Assembly (NCBI GenBank): GCA_958352145.1
Contig: CATWNM010000005.1
Location: 11,434-75,433, forward strand
Source: an uncultured Eubacteriales bacterium
GTDB taxonomy: Bacteria; Bacillota; Clostridia; Oscillospirales; CAG-272
Direction: 5' to 3'
DNA: 64,000 nucleotides
This document shows positions 36,910 to 46,400 of the stretch, piece after piece (position 1 is the stretch's first letter; each line of letters opens with the position of its first letter). The position numbers and the translations under genes are program-made. The notes beneath the pieces are model-generated. The model was not told the DNA's origin, did not search any database, and saw only the letters and a list, made by a program, of their open reading frames with translations.

Positions 36910-37773
36910 ATGAGAAAAGATCTGATCCGTGAGATCGAGGAGCTTCTCCCGACGTTCTCCAAAGGCCAGAAAACAATCGCGAATTATCTGATTCATAATT
37001 ATGATAAAGCGGCTTATTTGACGGCTTCGAAACTAGGGCGGGAAGTCGGCGTTTCGGAGTCCACGGTAGTGCGCTTTGCGATAGAACTCGGCTTCGACGG
37101 CTATCCGGGGCTGCAACATACTTTGCAGGAAATTATCCGTACGCGGCTTACGACCAAGCAGCGTATGGAAGTGACCAATACGCGTATCGGAAACGGCGAT
37201 ATTCTGAACAGCGTTTTGGAATCGGATATCGACAATATCCGCCGGACGCTGGACGAGATCAGCCATGCGGATTTTTCGGAGGCTGTGCGCAAGATCATCG
37301 GCGCGAAGAATATCTATATTATCGGTATGCGTTCCTCAAGCGCGCTGGCTAGTTTTCTGACGCATTATTTCCGTTTGATGTTCGATAACGTGCGGCTGGT
37401 TCAGACCACCAGCGGCAGCGAGATGTTTGAACATATATTCCGGATCAATAAAGACGACGTAATGATCGCGATCAGCTTCCCGCGCTACAGTGCGCGGCTG
37501 ATTAATGCGGTCACATATGCCAAGGAGCAGGGGACCAATGTCATTGCGGTGACCGATAGCAAACTTTCCCCGATTGCCCCGTATGCCAGTCAGATTTTGG
37601 TATGCCGGAGCGATATGGCCTCCATTGTGGATTCGTTTGTAGCGCCGCTCAGTATCCTGAACGCGCTGGTGGTGGCTATTGCGAAAGAAATACAGCCGGA
37701 ACTAAACGTAGTGTTTGACAAACTGGAGCGAATCTGGGACGAATATAACGCATACGCCAAGGTGCACGAATAA
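36910..37773 (+). CDS. MurR/RpiR family transcriptional regulator (HTH_6 + SIS)
   Basis: N-terminal HTH (LTASKLGREVGVSESTVVRFA) and a SIS domain (IYIIGMRSS...). Confidence 0.9.
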   Translation: MRKDLIREIEELLPTFSKGQKTIANYLIHNYDKAAYLTASKLGREVGVSESTVVRFAIELGFDGYPGLQHTLQEIIRTRLTTKQRMEVTNTRIGNGDILNSVLESDIDNIRRTLDEISHADFSEAVRKIIGAKNIYIIGMRSSSALASFLTHYFRLMFDNVRLVQTTSGSEMFEHIFRINKDDVMIAISFPRYSARLINAVTYAKEQGTNVIAVTDSKLSPIAPYASQILVCRSDMASIVDSFVAPLSILNALVVAIAKEIQPELNVVFDKLERIWDEYNAYAKVHE

Positions 37774-38999
37774 TGGAGATCGCAGTCATTGGCGGCGGCG
37801 CGGCAGGGCTTATGGCGGCGGGACGCGCGGCCGAACTTTCAGGGCATGTGACTTTGTTTGAAAAAAACAGCTTGCCTGGGCGCAAGCTGCGTATCACCGG
37901 CAAAGGACGGTGCAATGTCTGCAACAATTGCGATATCGAGACCGTGATCGCCAATGTACCGAAGAATCCCCGGTTTTTATACGCCGCGCTGCATCGTTTT
38001 TCCCCGTCGGATACGATGGCCTTTTTTGAGGCGCTGGGCGTACCGCTGAAAACCGAGCGGGGAAACCGCGTGTTTCCTGTATCCGACCGCGCCGCGGATA
38101 TTGCGGAGACTTTGGTACGGTTTGGCGATCGTAACGGCGTCCGGAGGCTGCACGCGGCGGTACGCCGCGTTTCGCCAGATGAGGACGGCCGCTTTGATTT
38201 GGAAACGGAGAGCGGCCGCTTTACTTTCGATCGCGTGATCGTGGCTACCGGCGGCGCGTCTTATCCCCTGACCGGTTCAACCGGAGACGGCTATCGCTTT
38301 GCACGGGAAATGGGGCTATCGGTTGCCCGAATAGTCCCTTCGCTGGTTCCGCTCGTGACCGAGGAACGCGATCCGGCCGAAATGCAGGGGCTTTCTTTGA
38401 AAAATACGGCGCTTCGCGTTTTCGATACGGAAAGCGGGAAGATCGTTTATACGGACTTTGGTGAAATGCTGTTCACGCATTACGGCGTCAGCGGTCCGAT
38501 GATCCTCAGCGCTTCTGCGCATCTTAGTGGTATTGAGCCGGGGCGGTATAGGCTGTCTCTGGATCTTAAACCTGCACTGGATGCGCAAACGCTGGATAAA
38601 CGTCTGCTTTCTGATTTTTCGAAGAATCAGAATCGTGATTTTGCAAATGCTTTGACCGCACTGCTTCCGCAAAAGCTGATCCCGGTTATTGTCCGCCGGT
38701 CGGGGATCGATCCGAAAAAAAAGGTCAATCTTGTGACGCGGGAGGAGCGGCGCGTACTGGTATCGCTTTTGAAGGATTTTACGCTGACGGTTCGGTGCGC
38801 GCGTCCGGTGCGTGAAGCGATCGTCACCTCGGGCGGCGTGGATGTGCGGGAGTTGTCGCCGAAGACGATGGAGGCGAAAAAAGTGCCAGGGTTGTATTTT
38901 TGTGGCGAAGTGATCGACGTGGATGCCTATACCGGCGGGTTTAATCTTCAAATCGCGTTTTCCACCGCGCGTCTGGCGGCGGAAAACGCAGTGCTTTAG
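37773..38999 (+). CDS. BaiN/YhiN (HI0933-like) family NAD(P)/FAD-dependent oxidoreductase
   Basis: GxGxxG IAVIGGGAAGLMAA ... GKGRCN ... C-terminal GEVIDVDAYTGGFNLQ. Confidence 0.88.
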   Translation: MEIAVIGGGAAGLMAAGRAAELSGHVTLFEKNSLPGRKLRITGKGRCNVCNNCDIETVIANVPKNPRFLYAALHRFSPSDTMAFFEALGVPLKTERGNRVFPVSDRAADIAETLVRFGDRNGVRRLHAAVRRVSPDEDGRFDLETESGRFTFDRVIVATGGASYPLTGSTGDGYRFAREMGLSVARIVPSLVPLVTEERDPAEMQGLSLKNTALRVFDTESGKIVYTDFGEMLFTHYGVSGPMILSASAHLSGIEPGRYRLSLDLKPALDAQTLDKRLLSDFSKNQNRDFANALTALLPQKLIPVIVRRSGIDPKKKVNLVTREERRVLVSLLKDFTLTVRCARPVREAIVTSGGVDVRELSPKTMEAKKVPGLYFCGEVIDVDAYTGGFNLQIAFSTARLAAENAVL

Positions 39000-39008
39000 G
39001 AGGATTCA

Positions 39009-40361
39009 ATGATAGGAATCGCGATTGACGGGCCAAGCGGCGCGGGCAAGAGCACGATCGCAAAGGCGCTTGCGGAGCGACTTGGCTTTGTATACGTGGA
39101 TACGGGGGCGATTTACCGCACGGTCGGGCTGTATATGCAGCGCGCAGGCGTGTCTTTAGAGGACAGCGCGGGCATCGAAGCGCATTTGCCGGAGGTTGTG
39201 CTGGATCTCCGGTATGAAGACGGCGTTCAGCGTATGTATCTTTGCGGAGAGGACGTCACGGAGAAGATTCGGACGCCCTTGATTTCCAAGTATGCCTCGG
39301 TCGTTTCAGCAGTGCCGCGCGTGCGTGCGTTTTTGTTTGATATGCAGCGGCAGATGGCGAAAAAAAATAACGTTATTATGGACGGGCGCGACATCGGCAC
39401 GGTGATTTTGCCAGATGCGGACGTAAAAATTTTTTTGACCGCATCAGCGCAGGCCCGCGCCGGGCGCCGCGTGGCGCAGTTGGCTGAAAAGGGAGAGACT
39501 GTCGGTTTTGCCGAAACGCTGGCCGCGATTGAGGAGCGGGATGCGCGGGACAGCGGGCGGGACGTCGCCCCGCTTTGTCCTGCCCCGGATGCGGTCACGC
39601 TGGATACGTCTGAGCGGACGCTTGAGGAAAGTATCAGCGCTGCGCTTGAGATCGTGTTTCAAAAGCTGCCCGCTCTCCGGATAGACGCCGTGCCCGCGGT
39701 GCATGCAGCTGGCGTAAAAAAAAACGCGTTGAGCGCGGATAAAAACCGCCGCGGGTTTTATCTGTGGCTCCGTCGGTATGCCGCGGGGGCGATCCGGTTT
39801 TGCATGCGCGTCCGCGCGACCGGCGCGGAGCATGAGCCCGCGGACGGCCCGCTGATCGTGTGCTCGAACCATACGGCGCTGATGGATGTGCTTGCGCTGG
39901 CCGTTTCTCTGCGGCGGCAGCTTCGGTACCTTGCAAAGTCTGAGTTGTTTCGTATACCGCTGCTCGCACCGCTGATTCGCGCGCTTGGCGCTTATTCGGT
40001 CGATCGCGGAAAAGGCGACGTAGCCGCAATCAAAAAAACGCTCTCGCTTTTGAGTGCCGGTGAAGTTGTGGCCATGTTTCCGCAGGGGACGCGCCGTCCT
40101 GGGATCGATCCGGCAAAAACGGAGGTTAAAAGCGGAATCGGCATGCTGGTTTATCGATCCGGCGCGCCGGTGCTTCCTGTGTATATTCGGGTCAAAAATT
40201 ATCGGTATCGTTTTTTACGCAAGAAAGAAGTCATTATCGGGGAGCCGATCCGTTATGAAGAATTTGGGTTTGTTTCGGGCGGAAAAGAAGAATATGCGCG
40301 CGCAGCGCGTTTGGTATTTGACCGGATTCTCGCGTTGCGGGAGAGGGAGATAGACCGATGA
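39009..40361 (+). CDS. cmk: Fusion protein: cytidylate kinase + lysophospholipid (1-acyl-sn-glycerol-3-phosphate) acyltransferase
   Basis: N-terminal half carries IAIDGPSGAGKSTIAK...DTGAIYR (Cmk). C-terminal half carries NHTALMD (HX4D) and FPQGTR (PlsC motifs I and III). Confidence 0.88.
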   Translation: MIGIAIDGPSGAGKSTIAKALAERLGFVYVDTGAIYRTVGLYMQRAGVSLEDSAGIEAHLPEVVLDLRYEDGVQRMYLCGEDVTEKIRTPLISKYASVVSAVPRVRAFLFDMQRQMAKKNNVIMDGRDIGTVILPDADVKIFLTASAQARAGRRVAQLAEKGETVGFAETLAAIEERDARDSGRDVAPLCPAPDAVTLDTSERTLEESISAALEIVFQKLPALRIDAVPAVHAAGVKKNALSADKNRRGFYLWLRRYAAGAIRFCMRVRATGAEHEPADGPLIVCSNHTALMDVLALAVSLRRQLRYLAKSELFRIPLLAPLIRALGAYSVDRGKGDVAAIKKTLSLLSAGEVVAMFPQGTRRPGIDPAKTEVKSGIGMLVYRSGAPVLPVYIRVKNYRYRFLRKKEVIIGEPIRYEEFGFVSGGKEEYARAARLVFDRILALREREIDR

Positions 40362-42385
40362 AAATCACGGTAGCGGGGGAAGCCGGTTTTTGCTTTGGCG
40401 TCAAGCGTGCGACTGATTTTGTCGAGCGTGCGCTGACAGACGGACATTACCGGGTTTTCCTTCTTGGAAATTTAATTCATAACAGCGTGTATAATGCCGG
40501 CCTTGCCAGGCGTGGCGCGCGTGTGATTGAAGCGGGCGGCGCGGAACGAATTGCCGAAGACGGCGCACCGGTCGGTATCGTGATTCGCGCGCACGGAATC
40601 CGCAGGCAGGATGAAGCATGCCTGCGCGCGCTCCTTAAACGGTATCCGAATCTGCGTTTGGAGGATATGACTTGTCCGTTTGTCAAAAAGATCCATCGGA
40701 TTGTAGAGGAAAACACGGATGCGGATACGACGCTTTTTGTAATGGGGGATTCCGCGCATCCGGAAGTGCAGTCTATCGTCAGCTACGCAAAGGGACCGGT
40801 TGTGGTTTTTTCCGACGAAGCGGATTTGGATGCACATATTGAAAAAGATGCGGACACGCAAAAAAGGGTTATTTTGGTTGCGCAGACGACTCAAAATAAA
40901 GCGCTTTGGAAAAATTGTGAGAAAAAATTCAAAAAAGTATATACAAACGCGATAATTTTTGATACAATATGTAATGTTACGGACAAACGTCAGCGGGAAG
41001 CTGCGGCTCTTGCGGCTCAGTGCGACGGGATGATCGTAATTGGCGGAAAGGAAAGTTCAAATACAAAAAAACTGTTTGAAATTGCGTCTTCCCGGTGTGA
41101 GAACTGTGTGTTAATCGAGTGCGCAGCCGAGCTTGAACCGGACGTCTTTTCCGGATGCCAGCATATCGGTATTACTGCCGGGGCTTCCACGCCGCGCGGT
41201 ATAATAGAGGAGGTATATAAAACCATGAACACAGAAGCGGAAAACTTCGAACAACTGCTTGATTCTTCATTCAAAACTTTAAATACAGGAGATACCGTAG
41301 TCGGCACAGTAATGTCGGTTTCAAACAATGAAATCCGTCTTGACCTTGGCACGAAAGCCACTGGCGTAATTACATACGACCAGATTACCGACGAGGCGGG
41401 CGTTGATCTGAACAAACTGTTCAAGATCGGCGACGAGGTAGAGGGGTTTGTAATTAAAGTCAGCGACCTTGACGGCATTGCCATGCTGTCCAAAAAGCGT
41501 GTGGATTCGGATAAAAACTGGAAGCATATCGTAGAAGCGAAAGAGAATGACGAAACGCTAGAGGGCAAGATCGTAGAAGCTGTCAAGGGCGGCGTTTTGA
41601 TCTCGCTGTTGGGTGTGCGCGTATTTATTCCTGCGTCGCTCAGCGGCGTTCCGAAAGGCGGCGATCTTTCTGCGCTTGTAGGAACGACGCAGCGCGTCAA
41701 GATCATTGACCTGAACGAGCAGCGGCATAGAGCCTACGCGTCGATCCGCGCGGTGCTTCGGGAAGAGCGCAAAGCAAAAGAGGACGCGTTCTGGGCGGAC
41801 GTGGAGGTCGGTAAGCACTATATGGGCACAGTCAAAAACCTGGCCACGTACGGCGCGTTTGTCGATCTTGGCGGCGTTGACGGCATGGTGCATAATTCCG
41901 AACTTTCCTGGAAGCGCATCAAGCATCCTTCGCAGGTGGTTAAAGTCGGAGATGTGATCGACGTTTACGTTAAGGAGTTCAATCGAGAGACCGGTAAGGT
42001 CTCGCTTGGCTACAAAACCGACGAGATGAATTCCTGGTTTGTGTTTAAAAATAAGTATAGCGTCGGCGATGTTGCAACCGTGAAGATCGTCAGCTTTACG
42101 CCGTTCGGCGCTTTTGCTGAGGTTGTTCCTGGAACGGATGGCTTGATCCATATTTCTCAGATTTCAAGGACAAAGATTGCGCAACCTTCCGATGTATTGG
42201 AAATCGGGCAGGAGGTTGAAGCAAAAATCATCGATATCGATGATGAAAAGCAGAAGATCAGCCTTTCGATTCGGGCGCTGATCGAGGATGCGGAAAAAGC
42301 GGATGCTGCCGCAGCAGAGGAGCCTGCGTCCGAGCCGGATGTGGATGCGCCGGCTGAAGCAGATGCCGCAGCGGATGCGGAATAA
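40358..42385 (+). CDS. ispH: Fusion protein: 4-hydroxy-3-methylbut-2-enyl diphosphate reductase (IspH) + ribosomal protein S1 repeats
   Basis: N-terminal GFCFGVKRA, LGNLIHN and TICNVT (IspH). The C-terminal part has four S1 domains and an acidic tail. Confidence 0.92.
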   Translation: MKITVAGEAGFCFGVKRATDFVERALTDGHYRVFLLGNLIHNSVYNAGLARRGARVIEAGGAERIAEDGAPVGIVIRAHGIRRQDEACLRALLKRYPNLRLEDMTCPFVKKIHRIVEENTDADTTLFVMGDSAHPEVQSIVSYAKGPVVVFSDEADLDAHIEKDADTQKRVILVAQTTQNKALWKNCEKKFKKVYTNAIIFDTICNVTDKRQREAAALAAQCDGMIVIGGKESSNTKKLFEIASSRCENCVLIECAAELEPDVFSGCQHIGITAGASTPRGIIEEVYKTMNTEAENFEQLLDSSFKTLNTGDTVVGTVMSVSNNEIRLDLGTKATGVITYDQITDEAGVDLNKLFKIGDEVEGFVIKVSDLDGIAMLSKKRVDSDKNWKHIVEAKENDETLEGKIVEAVKGGVLISLLGVRVFIPASLSGVPKGGDLSALVGTTQRVKIIDLNEQRHRAYASIRAVLREERKAKEDAFWADVEVGKHYMGTVKNLATYGAFVDLGGVDGMVHNSELSWKRIKHPSQVVKVGDVIDVYVKEFNRETGKVSLGYKTDEMNSWFVFKNKYSVGDVATVKIVSFTPFGAFAEVVPGTDGLIHISQISRTKIAQPSDVLEIGQEVEAKIIDIDDEKQKISLSIRALIEDAEKADAAAAEEPASEPDVDAPAEADAAADAE

Positions 42386-42431
42386 TTCTAAAGTAAAAAG
42401 AAGCAAGAATTCTCATGCTTCTCAATCTTGC

Positions 42432-42461
42432 AAAAAAGTCCAGCTTTTGCTGGACTTTTTT
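42432..42461. terminator. Bidirectional terminator
   Basis: AAAAAAGTCCAGC-TTTT-GCTGGACTTTTTT. Confidence 0.85.
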
Positions 42462-42520
42462 GCATCAAGGAGAGAAAAAAGGTATGCGCTATCGTTATGC
42501 ACAGATTATATTACAACGCT

Positions 42521-43330
42521 TTATTTGCTGCTTCTGTATTCGCTTGGAGTTTTGCCGGTCTCTTCCTTGAATGCGCGGTTGAAGTTGCGTATACTGCCAA
42601 ATCCGCAGTCGAGGGCAATTTGCGTAATGTGCTTATCGCCTCTGAGCATCTTTTTTGCATCCTCGATGCGCATTAAGGTTATGAATTTTGAAAAACCGAT
42701 TTTTAATTTGTTCGCAAAAAGATGCGAAAGGTGTGTAGGCGAATAGCCCAGCATATCAGCTACTGAGTTAAGCGTTATCGGCTCTCTGTAATGCGCCGAG
42801 CAGTATTTTATCAGTTTCTCTTCTTTTGAGACTTCGTTTGGGTTTGCGGAGATAAGGTGAAGAAGGGGAAGAAGCCGGCCGAGAATTAGCGATATGTACC
42901 CTTGGACAATCCCCTTTGAATACGGCGATGGCATTTTGTTCGCCTCTGAAGCCTTGCGGAACAATTCATCGGTTTCTTCATCTATCGCATTGCAAAGCAT
43001 GGGACTTTGGGGTATCATATTGCAAAAAACTCCGTCGTATATCGGCAGATTCTTCGGGAAGAGCAGGGCTATGTTTTCATAATTTGTTGATTCATGACCA
43101 TGTATCTGCCCTGGAAATGCGAAAATGATATCGCCCTTGTTTAATTTATACTCTTTAAAATTAATATAACAGGTCCACGCTCCGCCTCGTGCGTATAATA
43201 TTTCTACATAGTCGTGTGCGTGCAAATGCATGAAACTGGATTTTTGTCTGCGCCATGCGTGGATACCGCTCCATTTCGTCTCATATGTAATGGCCATATT
43301 GCTCTCCAAATCGCAAAAAAATTCTACCAA
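42521..43330 (-). CDS. AraC family transcriptional regulator (cupin sensor + HTH)
   Basis: N-terminal cupin-like HAHDYVEILY. C-terminal AraC HTH (ITLNSVADMLGYSPTHLSHLF ... GFGSIRNFNRAFK). Confidence 0.9.
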   Translation of the reverse strand: MVEFFCDLESNMAITYETKWSGIHAWRRQKSSFMHLHAHDYVEILYARGGAWTCYINFKEYKLNKGDIIFAFPGQIHGHESTNYENIALLFPKNLPIYDGVFCNMIPQSPMLCNAIDEETDELFRKASEANKMPSPYSKGIVQGYISLILGRLLPLLHLISANPNEVSKEEKLIKYCSAHYREPITLNSVADMLGYSPTHLSHLFANKLKIGFSKFITLMRIEDAKKMLRGDKHITQIALDCGFGSIRNFNRAFKEETGKTPSEYRSSK

Positions 43331-43405
43331 TTTGCAGCATTTTTCTTTTATTATATCATATTCTTGCTATAATACAAGTAGAAGATTATGTTTTTGGAGG
43401 TATAT

Positions 43406-46400
43406 ATGAAATTGCGTTCAATTATCGGTATATTGATCGTAGCATGGCTTGTATGCGGTGTACTGCCTGTTTCGGTAGGCGCATATGTCGTTGCAGATGG
43501 AGCAGACAAGTCATATGCAGCGGCAGCGGAGGCCATGGTGCTTTTGAAAAACGAGAATCACGCGCTTCCGCTCACATCGGCCGACAAGATCGCAATTTTT
43601 GGCGATGGTCAGGTTTACACCGATGGAAAAACCGGCGGCTTTTTCCTGATGGGACGCGGAAGCGGTTATTTTGTGCCGTCCGAAACGCCGAAAAATCCTT
43701 GTGATGTACTTGCATCTTATGTAAATAACGGCAAACTTGGCGGAGTTTATACTGCACTTTCGGAGTCGTATAAGGCTGCGGCGGTTACAGGCAAGGACTT
43801 CACATATTCGCCAACAGACGAAGAATATGCTGCAGCGGCAGAATATGCAGACAAAGCAGTTTTTATTGTCAACCGCACTTCTTTTGAGGGCAGCGACAAT
43901 TCCAAGGCATCTTTTTTCCTTACCACTGCCGAAAAGGTAGAGCTAAAAAAGGTATGCGCAGCATTTAATGGCAAGCCCGTTATTGTTGTTCTCAATTCAG
44001 GCAGCATGATAAATTGTGGCTTTGCAAATGGACGTGTTGACGGCGTTTATGCTGATGCGGTAATCACGGCGACATATCTTGGCATTCGCGGTGTTGATGT
44101 GCTTTGCCAAACGCTTGTCGGCGATATAAATCCGTCGGGTAAAACCGTTGATACGTATGCCAAGGTACTTGAAGATTACCCAAGCTATAAGAGCTTCCAT
44201 GAGAATAAAGACTTCGCAAACTATTATGAGGATATATATGTGGGCTATCGCTATTTTGAAACCTTCAACGTAGATGTAGACTATCCCTTCGGATACGGCC
44301 TGTCTTATACTACATTTGATATCTCCGATGTTACATATACAGAAGGAAACGGTAAAATTACCGTTACCGCTAAAGTCACAAATACAGGTGGCGTTGCGGG
44401 CAAAGAGGTGCTTCAGGTATACTTTTGCGCCCCTCAAAAGGGAAGCGGCAATGCCGTTCTTTCCAAGGCGTCAAAGGAACTTTGCGGCTTTGCCAAGACG
44501 TCGCTTTTATCCGCAGGTGAGAGCGAAATTCTCTCCGTCTCCTTTGACATTGACACCATGGCATCTTATGACGATCTAGGTACGACAGGATATAAATCCG
44601 CATATGTTATGGAAGCGGGCGCTTATATTGTTTACGTAGGCAACAGCGTTAAAAATGTTGTTGTGGTAGGCACGCACAACGAGGCGGAACTCCGTGTAGT
44701 AAAACAACTCACCCAACTTTGCGAACCTACGACTTCTTTTGAGCGCATGACATTTGACGGCACTGAAACGGTAGGCGAAACCTCTGAATTCCGTAGTGAC
44801 CTTTTGCATACCCCCGTTTACAAAGCGCAGACGGATGTTACAGAACCGTATCAGTTTGCCGAGGTAATGAACGGTGAGATTACGGTTGAGGAATTTCTTT
44901 CTCAGATGTCAAACGATGAGCTTTGCGACATTGCCGTTATGACGCATCAGGCATCTACCTCCACAAAGGCGTGGGGCGGCACCGAAGAAATGGTTGAAAA
45001 ATACGGTATTCCGATTGCGACAAGCAGCGACGGACCCGCAGGCATTCGCATTTCCACCAAGGGCACGGGACTTCCGTGTGCAACTGCACAGGCATGTACA
45101 TGGAATATAGATGTTATGGCAGTCCTCGGCGACGTTATCGGCCGTGAATGTTTACGCTCCGAAGTTGATGTATGGCTTGCACCGAGCGTAAACATTCACC
45201 GCTATCCTCTGTGCGGACGTAACTTTGAGTACTATTCTGAAGATCCGCTGATTTCTGGCATTATGTCGAGCGCACTTATTAAAGGTGTTGAAAAGCACGG
45301 CATTGCTTGCTCAATTAAGCACTTTGTTGCAAATGAAAAGGAATACAAACGCAGCGAAATGTCCTCTAACGTGTCCGAGCGCGCGCTTCGTGAAATCTAT
45401 CTCGTACCCTTTGAGATGGGGGTTGAGGCGGGGGTCAGCATGGTAATGACCTCGTATAATAAGCTCAATGGCACTGAAACCGCAGAAAGCGCAGAGCTTC
45501 TCCGCGGAATTTTGCGCGGTGAATGGGGCTTTGGAGGCATGGTTACTACCGACTGGTCAAATGATTCCAGTCTTGTAAATGAGGTAATCGCAGGCAACAA
45601 TGTAAAATCTTCGGGTTCGGAAGATAAACTTGATTCCACTCCGCTTAAAAAAGCTGTGGCAAATGGAACAATCAGCCGTTCACTGCTTATAGAAAACGCA
45701 ACCTATGTGATGAATTTGCTTGCAAAGATGCCTGATGGACAAAGGCTTATTGACGATTCTCTTGTTGTGACTGTTGACGGCACAACTGTATTTGAGGCAG
45801 AGAATTATACGCACAAGCATGGCTATGCACGTCCTGAAATCAGTAAAAGCCGTACGGTAATGGCATATGTACGTGCGACTGACCGCTGGACTCCCTATCT
45901 CACATATACGCTTGATGTCAAGGAAGCGGGGATATATATACTCGCCGCAGGTGTTGCAAATGCATCCTCGGATCCCAATTCAAACGCACTTCATGTTTAT
46001 GTGAACGGCGTAGAACAGCTTTCAAACTTTAATGCTGTTTTTACAGGCGGTTGGTCTTCTGTAAATGATATGGAAATAGGCGCAGTCGTGCTTCCGAAAG
46101 GCAGAGTAACGTTAAAAGTAAAGAGCGCCGTGAATCGTTCTTGCGGCAATTTTGATTATTTTACACTTACGCCTATTAAAGATGCGTATACCGCAATTTC
46201 TACCGCTGATGCACTTATCGCACTTATGGGCGACAGCAAAAAATGGCGCGGCAAATACTATCTCACCACGGATATTGATCTGACAAACGTAAGCGGACAA
46301 GGTCCTATCGGTACAAATGCGACCAACTTTACGGGTGTATTTGACGGTATGGGACATACGATAAAAGGACTTTCTCTTACCACTTCTACCGAGCAGGATT

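Noticed and set aside
40358-42385. The IspH-S1 fusion as a novelty.
   Set aside because: As far as I recall, this fusion is a well-known feature of many Clostridia, so it is recorded as a feature only.
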